The notes under the pieces were generated by a model that saw only the letters and a program-made list of their open reading frames with translations, was not told where the DNA came from and ran no database searches. This document shows, piece after piece, positions 6,760 through 14,171 of a stretch of 34,890 nucleotides of DNA (position 1 is its first letter; every line of letters starts with the position of its first letter). The stretch is from the IMG/VR virus record IMGVR_UViG_3300032272_000045, positions 1 through 34,890 of that record. One strand, given 5' to 3'. Position numbers and translations under genes: made by a program. The DNA is from a virus. Lineage: Duplodnaviria; Caudoviricetes.

Positions 6760-6840
6760 AATAAAAAAACACCCTCTGTGCTAGCAACCTTGTAAGATAA
6801 GGTTTGGCAACCAATTAGATTACCAGCACAGAAAGTGTTT
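6760..6840 (-). terminator. 21-bp-stem terminator/attenuator with 32-nt loop
   Basis: 6820-6840 pairs fully with 6767-6787 using four G-U pairs on the minus strand only; a U-tract follows. Confidence 0.8.
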
Positions 6841-6853
6841 AAACTTACCTTAC

Positions 6854-6914
6854 ATTATACACTAGTTGCCATTAGTGTTAATACCAATTTATATGAAATG
6901 AAGAGACTATGCAA
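6854..6914 (-). promoter_or_regulatory. tandem leftward promoters TTGCAT-N17-TAAATT (6886-6914) and TTAACA-N16-TATAAT (6854-6881)
   Basis: Consensus-like hexamers at the head of the leftward arm. Confidence 0.55.
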
Positions 6915-6919
6915 GTACC

Positions 6920-6947
6920 AAAAAAGCCACCTATTACTAAGTGGCTT
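6920..6947 (-). terminator. intrinsic terminator
   Basis: AAGCCACTTAG-TAA-TAGGTGGCTTTTT. Confidence 0.8.
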
Positions 6948-7028
6948 GATTGTGTGTTGTATGTGTTTAACAAACGGACTCTACGTTCCAGCGTAAACTT
7001 CTGACCGTGATTAGACACGTTGGTCTCC
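6920..7028 (-). ncRNA. candidate ~110-nt sRNA
   Basis: Extended -10 TGgTATACT (7035-7043), two hairpins, a CA-rich linker and a terminator; no ORF. Confidence 0.55.
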
Positions 7029-7044
7029 AATTAAAGTATACCAC

Positions 7045-7084
7045 AAAAAAAGAACTCGCCTATATCTGTCTATAAACGAGTCCC
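7045..7084 (-). terminator. intrinsic terminator
   Basis: GGGACTCGTTTATA...TATAGGCGAGTTC followed by T7. Confidence 0.8.
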
Positions 7085-7189
7085 TGTAAGAACACTACTA
7101 TTCTGTGTACAAAATAAGTAGAATGATTCATCTTGTCATTAATTTTGGTAAATAACAAGCTGAGTTAAAGGTACTTTAGCATATAAACA

Positions 7190-7222
7190 TGTGTATACAC
7201 AATAGGTAAAATATTGTATAAT
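7190..7222 (+). promoter_or_regulatory. rightward promoter TATACA-N17-TATAAT with palindrome TGTGTATACACA over the -35
   Basis: -10 at 7217-7222 with an ATG 6 nt later. Confidence 0.7.
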
Positions 7223-7228
7223 AAAAGT

Positions 7229-7573
7229 ATGAACAAACAAGACAAACTAAGTAAACTAATCTCACTAGCAGTAAAGAGTGGGTGGATGAAGAAACAACCT
7301 AAAAAAGTTATTGAAAAACTAATTGATGAAGCTACTGATTATATTATTTGTTTAGAAATGGAGTCAGGACAAGAGTATAGATTTAATAGTATCAACGACA
7401 TCCTATTCTCTCACGACTTTGCTAAAGCTATATGGGGAGAGGATTGTAAAGATGAAAAAGGAGAAGAATTTCACAAACCATATGATTTTATGTGTTCTCA
7501 TAATTGGATTGAACACCTACAACAAGCAGTAATAAGTGAAGATCCATTACAATACTACTGGGATAATAAATAA
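7229..7573 (+). CDS. conserved phage hypothetical protein (leaderless start at 7229)
   Basis: INDILFSHDFAKAIWGE...WIEHLQQAVISEDPLQY. Confidence 0.8.
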   Translation: MNKQDKLSKLISLAVKSGWMKKQPKKVIEKLIDEATDYIICLEMESGQEYRFNSINDILFSHDFAKAIWGEDCKDEKGEEFHKPYDFMCSHNWIEHLQQAVISEDPLQYYWDNK

Positions 7574-7788
7574 TGTTTAAAAGATATAATCTAGTCTTAG
7601 ATCCAGACGATAAAGAACAAGGAACAAAACTAGCTAAAGAGATGGGTGTTAGTTTTAGTTGGCTTATTAGACATCTACTTAGGAACTGGTTAAAAGAACA
7701 AGACAAACCAAAAACAATACAAGAATCTTATGATGAGGTAAAGAAGTATTTAAAAGAACTAAAACAAAGTAATACAAAGGTGCTATGA
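7573..7788 (+). CDS. ribbon-helix-helix (CopG/Arc-like) regulator
   Basis: KRYNLVL strand, then LAKEMGVSFSWLIRHLL helices. Confidence 0.8.
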   Translation: MFKRYNLVLDPDDKEQGTKLAKEMGVSFSWLIRHLLRNWLKEQDKPKTIQESYDEVKKYLKELKQSNTKVL

Positions 7789-8057
7789 AAAAACTACAAT
7801 CTTTTATTCAATTATTAAACTGGACGGTGTTTGTATCGTTAACAGTCTTAAAGATACTTGGGGCAATAATTATTCCCTGGAACATTATCCTAGCACCCTA
7901 TGTTCTCATTTGTATAGCACTCTTATTTGTAACAATGTTTGTATTCGCAAGTCTTCAAACTTTTAAAGATAAGTTTAAGAAAAACATAGAGTCTCTCGAT
8001 AAAGATGAAACAATAACGGTTAAAGAATTACTAGAAATAGTTGACAACATTAAATAG
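7785..8057 (+). CDS. two-TM membrane protein
   Basis: Two hydrophobic segments around LKILGAIIIPWNIILAP. Confidence 0.75.
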   Translation: MKKLQSFIQLLNWTVFVSLTVLKILGAIIIPWNIILAPYVLICIALLFVTMFVFASLQTFKDKFKKNIESLDKDETITVKELLEIVDNIK

Positions 8058-8060
8058 TAT

Positions 8061-8162
8061 ATGAAAGATAAACACTGGTTAAATGGAATAAACTATAAAT
8101 TGATACTAAGTATTAAAATATTTGGATATACTATAAAGATTTTGAAACAAGAAACTCTATAA
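8061..8162 (+). CDS. 33-aa hypothetical peptide
   Basis: Manually translated; fills an operon gap. Confidence 0.45.
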   Translation: MKDKHWLNGINYKLILSIKIFGYTIKILKQETL

Positions 8163-8180
8163 AGTAATTAAGGATAAGAT

Positions 8181-8360
8181 ATGAAAGCAATAGGATTTGG
8201 GATATTAACATTTATATCTGCGTTTTGTTTTTTCGCAATGTTATTAGGTAGAGATTTTGATAGTAATTCTAAAGAAGTTAAAAACACAATAACTTTATCT
8301 GTTCTAGTATTTAGTTTTTTAATATCTTTAGCAGTAACATTAATTACATGGGGTATTTAA
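8181..8360 (+). CDS. 59-aa two-TM membrane protein
   Basis: MKAIGFGILTFISAFCFFAMLLG...LAVTLITWGI; AAGGA SD. Confidence 0.7.
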   Translation: MKAIGFGILTFISAFCFFAMLLGRDFDSNSKEVKNTITLSVLVFSFLISLAVTLITWGI

Positions 8361-8376
8361 CTGAAAGGATAGGAGT

Positions 8377-8532
8377 ATGAAAGACAAAATAATACAAATA
8401 ACAACAGTTAATAAAGACATATTAGTTTGTTTATTGGAAAATGGAGATATTTATTCTACAAAATTATCAGGCAAAGATAAGGGTAGGTGGACAGCAATAA
8501 TATTACCAAAAAAGGACAATAGTGATAGGTAG
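8377..8532 (+). CDS. 51-aa hypothetical protein
   Basis: MKDKIIQITT...LLENGDIY...; AGGAG SD. Confidence 0.65.
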   Translation: MKDKIIQITTVNKDILVCLLENGDIYSTKLSGKDKGRWTAIILPKKDNSDR

Positions 8533-8689
8533 ACTTTTAGAAATATACTCTGGAGCAACTGGACTTGGCGTTAGAGGTTTGGCAAAAGAAATTGGTGTAT
8601 CAGGAGCTACTATATCAAGAATAATAAATGGTAAAGAAGTTACTCAAGATACTATGTTAAAGATTATAAACTGGCTTTTTAAAAACTAA
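8522..8689 (+). CDS. 55-aa XRE/Cro-like HTH regulator (GTG start)
   Basis: GVRGLAKEIGVSGATISRIINGKEV; AAGGA SD; missed by the ORF track. Confidence 0.8.
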   Translation: MIGRLLEIYSGATGLGVRGLAKEIGVSGATISRIINGKEVTQDTMLKIINWLFKN

Positions 8690-8711
8690 CAACTATGAAG
8701 AGAATGGATAA

Positions 8712-8942
8712 ATGAAAACAGCAGAACTTAATTACATGGGAATACCAATTAAAGAAACTGATCTTGTAAAAGATGGTTTTATTTACCTGGTTGGAGATAA
8801 TTTTGAGTTTAAATATCCATTAAGAAAAGACGGTCAACCAGATATGAGATATGGAATAAATAAATTACATTTCAAAGTATTAAAAATGAGTAAGGTGTTT
8901 AGTAAAAATAGACCAACATTACAAGTAAAACCAGAAATTTAA
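8712..8942 (+). CDS. hypothetical protein with RKDGQPDMRY motif
   Basis: ORF in the rightward array. Confidence 0.7.
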   Translation: MKTAELNYMGIPIKETDLVKDGFIYLVGDNFEFKYPLRKDGQPDMRYGINKLHFKVLKMSKVFSKNRPTLQVKPEI

Positions 8943-8961
8943 CTTACTAAAGGAGTAGTAG

Positions 8962-9300
8962 ATGAAAGAAGATAAAACATTAAGAAAAGTTAGTAGTAGA
9001 TATGGAGGCAGTAATACAGACTTATATTGTCCAGAGTGTTGTGTGGTTACCCATTTTACAGAGTGGTTAAATAGAGACGGTGGTTATTTATTAGGAGTAG
9101 TTTGTGATAGTTGTGGGTCAGAAAGACAACAGAAAAAACCAAGTTATTATAACTGTCATGTTTATAGAGAAAGATGTGAGTGTGGACATGAACAAATTGT
9201 TACCTCACAAGATGATAGAAGCCCTGAATACTACTCAACTATTGGAGTACCCTGCACAGAATGTAAAAAGCTAATTATGTTTGAATTACCAGTTAATTAA
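8962..9300 (+). CDS. double Zn-ribbon protein
   Basis: CPEC, CDSC, CECG, CTEC. Confidence 0.75.
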   Translation: MKEDKTLRKVSSRYGGSNTDLYCPECCVVTHFTEWLNRDGGYLLGVVCDSCGSERQQKKPSYYNCHVYRERCECGHEQIVTSQDDRSPEYYSTIGVPCTECKKLIMFELPVN

Positions 9301-9312
9301 GGAGTAGTAGAG

Positions 9313-9480
9313 ATGAAATACTTAATTAATAAAATAGAAGAAGACAAAACAACTTGCAATTGGAGTGCTTTAGGAATGTGGAATAGAATTAAGGTATCAC
9401 TACTAATAATTTATGGAAGGGAATTTATTTTAGAGTTTCCAACAAAAGTTATTCAAACTTATATAAAAGGTAAACAATGA
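9313..9480 (+). CDS. 55-aa hypothetical protein
   Basis: AAGGAG SD; ends TYIKGKQ. Confidence 0.65.
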   Translation: MKYLINKIEEDKTTCNWSALGMWNRIKVSLLIIYGREFILEFPTKVIQTYIKGKQ

Positions 9481-9626
9481 AAAAAATAATATACTTATAT
9501 TTTTACCAATTCGGCATAAGAGGTCAAGGAGAAATTGATAGTCTTGATATTATTATTGGATTAATACTATCACCAATAGCTTTTCCATTACATTTAATAA
9601 AAACATATTTAAAAGGTAAACAATGA
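9477..9626 (+). CDS. 49-aa membrane peptide
   Basis: IIIGLILSPIAFPLHLI; ends TYLKGKQ. Confidence 0.65.
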   Translation: MKKIIYLYFYQFGIRGQGEIDSLDIIIGLILSPIAFPLHLIKTYLKGKQ

Positions 9627-9829
9627 CAGACATATTAATTATATTACTATTACTTTCACACTCCATTGTTCACACAATTTCTTTAAATCAAATTTTATAT
9701 TTTACAAATAATGGTAGGATTTGGAAAAAAAGCCTTAGTAAGACCGATAAAAGACAAGCTTCTATTTCATTAGCACACGTTGTTAGTTTGAGTATAGTCG
9801 CTGGACTAATGTTTTTAGTAGTTATATAG
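9623..9829 (+). CDS. two-TM membrane protein
   Basis: Hydrophobic N- and C-termini. Confidence 0.7.
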   Translation: MTDILIILLLLSHSIVHTISLNQILYFTNNGRIWKKSLSKTDKRQASISLAHVVSLSIVAGLMFLVVI

Positions 9830-9839
9830 GGGGAATAAA

Positions 9840-10025
9840 ATGATGAAAATAAACGATGTTTCAAGAGTAAGAGTTGGTGAAAACTTATCACCGCACAAGC
9901 ATACCTTTTCTGGAATAGAAATAACAAATCAAGGTTCTAAAAAGAGAATAGAGAGTTTGTCAAAAGAAAATAAACAATATATAAAAGATTGTTTGACAGA
10001 TTTTATTGAAGAATTAACTTACTAA
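9840..10025 (+). CDS. hypothetical protein
   Basis: ORF with SD. Confidence 0.65.
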   Translation: MMKINDVSRVRVGENLSPHKHTFSGIEITNQGSKKRIESLSKENKQYIKDCLTDFIEELTY

Positions 10026-10038
10026 AGGAGTAGTAGAG

Positions 10039-10122
10039 ATGAAAAGAGAACAGTTGATAGATTTAATAATAAGATTCTTACTGGTTGAAACAATCTTTAG
10101 AATATTATTTGAACTTATATAA
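10039..10122 (+). CDS. 27-aa peptide
   Basis: Strong SD; bounded by junction repeats. Confidence 0.45.
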   Translation: MKREQLIDLIIRFLLVETIFRILFELI

Positions 10123-10132
10123 AAGGTAAACA

Positions 10133-10249
10133 ATGAACGCTGAACAAGAACAACAACTATCTCAAATAATAATAGACTCTAAACAAGACTCTATGCCATT
10201 AACATTTACTAAGTTAAAGAAGTTAATTAAGGAAATGACAAATGAATAA
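10133..10249 (+). CDS. 38-aa peptide
   Basis: AAGGT SD; overlaps the next gene. Confidence 0.5.
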   Translation: MNAEQEQQLSQIIIDSKQDSMPLTFTKLKKLIKEMTNE

Positions 10250-10586
10250 ACCAAGAAATAAACGTATCCCAACTAACTGTGCTATCTGCGACAAACCCGT
10301 CAAACCTACTAAATATGGTGTTTATAATAAAACATGTGGTGAAGAATGTAAAATTAAATTTCTATCTAAAATAGGTAGAGAGAATATCAAACCAGGACAT
10401 ATTAAAATGATGGACATTCCCAAAAGAATTAAACTAATGGAATTAAGAGAACAAGGTAAAAGTTTTAATCAAATTGCACCAATAATAAACACAACAAGAC
10501 AAAACACATGGCTATTACATAAAAAAATAACAGATCATGGATACACATTAGCCAACTTAAAGGATCTTTATGAACAATCAACTTAA
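10242..10586 (+). CDS. Zn-finger plus HTH DNA-binding protein
   Basis: CAIC...TCGEEC; ELREQGKSFNQIAPIINTTRQ. Confidence 0.75.
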   Translation: MNKPRNKRIPTNCAICDKPVKPTKYGVYNKTCGEECKIKFLSKIGRENIKPGHIKMMDIPKRIKLMELREQGKSFNQIAPIINTTRQNTWLLHKKITDHGYTLANLKDLYEQST

Positions 10587-10758
10587 ATATATAGTAACCT
10601 ACGGTCACAGCACAACTGCACAAACCTTTGAAGTCTACGCCTTTGATGTTATGGAAGCAATACAAATTGCTAACAAAGTAACTGCAATTGAAGTAGGTCT
10701 ATCAGCTATCACACAAGTTAAACAAATTAGCGACCTAAAGAAATATAATAACTCATGA
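10570..10758 (+). CDS. hypothetical protein
   Basis: ORF in the array. Confidence 0.7.
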   Translation: MNNQLKYIVTYGHSTTAQTFEVYAFDVMEAIQIANKVTAIEVGLSAITQVKQISDLKKYNNS

Positions 10759-10931
10759 AACCTAAAGTAATAATAAACGCTGACTCATTTCAAGTATACG
10801 GTCCTAAAGCAACTGATGGTAGTTACACTATTAAATTTACTACTGGAGAATATGAAAAGTTAAACGTAGCTAAGATGCTTGCTATACCGCATGATAGCGT
10901 TTTGAAAGTTACTGTAGAAGTAATAGAGTGA
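10755..10931 (+). CDS. 58-aa hypothetical protein
   Basis: MKPKVIINADSFQVYGPKATDGSYTIKFTTGEYEK...; ATGA overlap. Confidence 0.7.
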   Translation: MKPKVIINADSFQVYGPKATDGSYTIKFTTGEYEKLNVAKMLAIPHDSVLKVTVEVIE

Positions 10932-10996
10932 TATAATAAAGAGAATATCAATTGTGACTGAGAACCCCTGTTTATCACAATTGAGCAGGGGTTTTT
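10929..10996 (+). promoter_or_regulatory. extended -10 promoter (TGaTATAAT) followed by an attenuator-like leader
   Basis: Terminator stem 10963-10972/10984-10993 with U-tract; 10948-10957 is complementary to its loop. Confidence 0.65.
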
Positions 10997-11011
10997 GGTA
11001 GTTAGGAAGTT

Positions 11012-11509
11012 ATGAGAGACGAAAAAGGAAGATTTGTTAAAGGATTTAAACCACACAACAAAGGTTTAAAAGGTTATACAAACTCTGGAACATTTAAGAA
11101 GAATGAAAAACACCCTGGATGGAAAGACGATGAGGTAGGATATTCAGGAATCCATAAATGGATAGTAAGAAACTTTGGTAAAGCCGATCATTGTGAGGAC
11201 TGTGGTAAAATAGATTGTAATAGATATGAGTGGGCGAGCATCGATCATAGTTATAAGAGAAACATAAAATATTGGACACAACTTTGTAAGAAGTGTCACA
11301 CTAAGCTTGATGGATATAACATAGTTGGATTAATAAAACACTCTAGGGCTAATAGAAAAGCAGTTATAGCTTATAAAGAAGGATTTAATAAGAAATATAA
11401 GAGTATAACAAAAGCTTCTGAAGATCTAATCCTTGATGTATCGGCAATATGTAAAGTATTAAAGGGTAAAAGAAAAACAACTAAAGGATATAAATTTAAG
11501 TATATTTAG
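11012..11509 (+). CDS. putative HNH-like homing endonuclease with NUMOD-type DNA-binding motifs
   Basis: GFKPHNKG; IHKWI...CEDCG...YEWA...LCKKCH; C-terminal NUMOD1-like SITKASEDL...ICKVLKGKRKTTKGYKFKY. Confidence 0.8.
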   Translation: MRDEKGRFVKGFKPHNKGLKGYTNSGTFKKNEKHPGWKDDEVGYSGIHKWIVRNFGKADHCEDCGKIDCNRYEWASIDHSYKRNIKYWTQLCKKCHTKLDGYNIVGLIKHSRANRKAVIAYKEGFNKKYKSITKASEDLILDVSAICKVLKGKRKTTKGYKFKYI

Positions 11510-11528
11510 CAGGAAAAAAGCAGGGAAT

Positions 11529-11861
11529 ATGGGAAAAAGTTCAACATCATGGAAACCAGGGCAATCAGGTAATCCAAAGGGTGGAATTAAAAAAGAGTGG
11601 TCGTGGTCAGGTTTATTAAGAGATTTAGCTGATGAGATTGATGGTAAGTCAGGACTAGAGAAGAAGCAGATTATAGCCAACGCATTATTTAAACAAGCTT
11701 ATAGAGGTAATGTAATCGCTATTAAAGAGTTTGGAGATAGGATTGATGGTAAGGCTCAACAAGCAATAGATCACACAACTAATGGTAAAGACATAACAGT
11801 TACAATAAAAGACTATGGAGTTGATAATAACCCTACAAAAAAAACAAAGAGAAGCCCTTAA
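11529..11861 (+). CDS. terS: terminase small subunit (DUF5681-like)
   Basis: WKPGQSGNPKG motif; directly upstream of terL. Confidence 0.85.
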   Translation: MGKSSTSWKPGQSGNPKGGIKKEWSWSGLLRDLADEIDGKSGLEKKQIIANALFKQAYRGNVIAIKEFGDRIDGKAQQAIDHTTNGKDITVTIKDYGVDNNPTKKTKRSP

Positions 11862-13173
11862 TACTTCAAGTGTTACTCCAATAACATTTTATGGTGGGGC
11901 AAAAGGTGGTGGAAAATCTCATTTAATTAGAGCAAGGCAAGTTCTAAGAAGATTAAAGCATCCAAACACAAAAGGGTTAATCGTTCGTAAAACTTATCCT
12001 GAATTACTCGCTAATCACATACGACCTTTTTTTAAAGAGTACCCAGAGACAAGAGAGTGGTACAACAAAGCTGAAAAAACAATATATTACCCCAATGGAT
12101 CAACAACAGAGTTTTCATACCTACGAAGTACAGATGATGTTTATACCTATCAGGGTCGTGAGTATGAAGATATTGACGTTGATGAGGTAACACAGCATGA
12201 GTGGGAGGTTATAACCGTTTTAAGGTCTAGTAACCGTACTACAAACAAAGATATAAAGCCAACAATGTTATTAACTGGTAATCCAGGTGGAATAGGACAC
12301 CAAGAGGTCAAGAGAATATTTATAGATAGAGACTTCAGAGATGGAGAGAAACCAGACGACTATGCTTTCATTCAGGCTTTTGTTCAAGATAATGAAGCTC
12401 TTATAGATGCAGATCCAGATTATATAGATAGGTTAAGGAGCTTGCCTCCTCATTTAGTTAAGGCTTATCTTGAAGGAGATTGGAATATATTTGCAGGTCA
12501 AGCATTTGGAGAACTTCAAAGGTCTGTTCATGTAATTGATCCGATAAAACTACCACCAAACACAAGATACTTTGCTTCATATGACCCTGGTTATAATCAT
12601 CCATTTTCATTTATATTATTTGCTGTAGTTCCAGAAGGAACAGTTTATGTTGTAAAAACAATATCAGATAGATTGAAAACAACAAGAGAAATAGCAATGA
12701 TGTTGAAAGAAATTAAACCACCAGGAGAATTACAAATATATTCAGGTTTAGACTTGTGGTATCCAGGAAGAGGTGGTGGTGCTTCACAAATGGAAGAGTT
12801 TACACAACAAGGTATAGGATCTGCAAGTGGTTACTTATGGATAAAAGCAAAAACAGACAGGAAAAGTGGTGTAAAACAAATACATAAATACATAAACCCA
12901 AAGAACTATCCAGATGATAAACCAAGATGCTATTTTTTTAAGAATTGTTTGAATATTTATGATTCAATAGCAAGTATGCAAATCAATCCAAAAGATCCAG
13001 AAGATGTTGTTAAAGTAGATGCTAATGAGAGTGGTGTTGGTGGTGATGACGATTATGACTCATTTAGATATGGATTGATGAGCAGAGCTTATCCAAATGA
13101 TGTGGTAAAATCTAAGGTAGGTCAATACAGCGGTCAATCTATATTAGATGAATTAATGCAGGAGGATTATTAA
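11815..13173 (+). CDS. terL: terminase large subunit
   Basis: Walker A GGAKGGGKS, Walker B DIDVDE, TGNP coupling motif, nuclease SYDPG and DDDYDSFRY. Confidence 0.97.
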   Translation: MELIITLQKKQREALNTSSVTPITFYGGAKGGGKSHLIRARQVLRRLKHPNTKGLIVRKTYPELLANHIRPFFKEYPETREWYNKAEKTIYYPNGSTTEFSYLRSTDDVYTYQGREYEDIDVDEVTQHEWEVITVLRSSNRTTNKDIKPTMLLTGNPGGIGHQEVKRIFIDRDFRDGEKPDDYAFIQAFVQDNEALIDADPDYIDRLRSLPPHLVKAYLEGDWNIFAGQAFGELQRSVHVIDPIKLPPNTRYFASYDPGYNHPFSFILFAVVPEGTVYVVKTISDRLKTTREIAMMLKEIKPPGELQIYSGLDLWYPGRGGGASQMEEFTQQGIGSASGYLWIKAKTDRKSGVKQIHKYINPKNYPDDKPRCYFFKNCLNIYDSIASMQINPKDPEDVVKVDANESGVGGDDDYDSFRYGLMSRAYPNDVVKSKVGQYSGQSILDELMQEDY

Positions 13174-13433
13174 TGAAACAACATATCACTGAATTACAGG
13201 TTGAAGAATTATCTAAAGCACAGATGAAAACATTGAGTAACTTCCTTGGTTTTAAATCAAGAGTAATTAATCTTAAACATTATTTATCAGAAAGCATGAC
13301 TATTGGTCAAATGATTGAGTTTATACAAGAACACAATGGCTTTAAATCTTATGGAGATATGTATACATTTAATTATTCTAAAAAAGGAGAGTTGTGTGAT
13401 TCTCTTTGGAAATCTGTAAAGGAGATTTTATGA
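13173..13433 (+). CDS. hypothetical protein
   Basis: MTIGQMIEFI...ELCDSLWKSVKEIL. Confidence 0.75.
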   Translation: MKQHITELQVEELSKAQMKTLSNFLGFKSRVINLKHYLSESMTIGQMIEFIQEHNGFKSYGDMYTFNYSKKGELCDSLWKSVKEIL

Positions 13434-13885
13434 ACGCAATAAAAAGCTATCAAAATAAAATGAAAGATAGGTTTGTTGATAATCTATCAAGCATGTTCCC
13501 TAACTCAGATAAAAGAATAAGAGTGTGGGCAGAAATAGATAAATATAAGTGGAAAGAAGATGATGATGTCTGGAAACAAAAAAAAGGTATCACAGCCCCA
13601 CAATATGAGGTTCACTTTGATGGAGAGTTCGTTTGCTTCATAGACTCACAAAAAACAGAAAAATATAACCTTTCAGAGTTCCTAATAAATATAAGAAAAC
13701 TATATAGAGATGGCAAGATCTTTGTTAATGTTGAAATGTATGAAGTTAAGAAAGCAGAGGCAGAAGCTAAAAACAAAGTAAGTGATTTAATTATCCCTAA
13801 AGCAGAGAATGAAGCAGAAGCAATGATCGTTGAAACTATTAAAAAACAAGCTAAGAAAAGAGGCAGAAAAGTTATATCAAAATGA
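13430..13885 (+). CDS. hypothetical protein
   Basis: ATG at 13430 follows an AAGGAG SD. Confidence 0.75.
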   Translation: MNAIKSYQNKMKDRFVDNLSSMFPNSDKRIRVWAEIDKYKWKEDDDVWKQKKGITAPQYEVHFDGEFVCFIDSQKTEKYNLSEFLINIRKLYRDGKIFVNVEMYEVKKAEAEAKNKVSDLIIPKAENEAEAMIVETIKKQAKKRGRKVISK

Positions 13886-14139
13886 ACAACATAGAGCATT
13901 CTTTTAATAATAGAGAAATAACAATACCAAGAGATATTACACTCGAGGAATTAGCTTTATTAGATTTAGTTAAGCAGAAGATGTTACAGAAATTAAATGA
14001 TAGGCGAAAGTTTATCTTCTTATATGTGTTTGAACTTGGTAAATCACAAAAAGAAGTATCAGAAGTTTTAGGTGTTCATGAAACTAGTGTTTCTAGACAT
14101 ATGAGAAAAATAAGAGAGATTTTGACCCCTTTTAAGTAA
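13882..14139 (+). CDS. stand-alone sigma-70 region-4 HTH protein
   Basis: KLNDRRKFIFLYVFELGKSQKEVSEVLGVHETSVSRHMRKIREIL; no region 2. Confidence 0.85.
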   Translation: MNNIEHSFNNREITIPRDITLEELALLDLVKQKMLQKLNDRRKFIFLYVFELGKSQKEVSEVLGVHETSVSRHMRKIREILTPFK

Positions 14140-14165
14140 AGAATAAGCTAAAAACAGACTAAAAT
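14135..14165 (+). promoter_or_regulatory. late promoter candidate AGTAAAG-N18-TAAAAT (portal, leaderless)
   Basis: One of four identically spaced copies. Confidence 0.7.
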
Positions 14166-14171
14166 AACAGT

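Noticed and set aside
6599-6814. 71-aa ORF from the track (and the 5' extension of 6340..6582)
   Set aside because: It runs through a terminator and a densely paired RNA and has atypical composition. A 40-aa version from 6721 cannot be fully excluded.
7060-7131. 23-aa ORF MNHSTYFVHRIVVFLQGLVYRQI on the minus strand
   Set aside because: No SD, only a weak promoter, and it runs into a terminator stem. Insufficient support.
8939-10137. CRISPR or TIGR-like guide array
   Set aside because: The repeats are irregularly spaced, sit at gene junctions, contain SD/start codons and enclose ORFs. No Cas or Nop-domain gene was seen.
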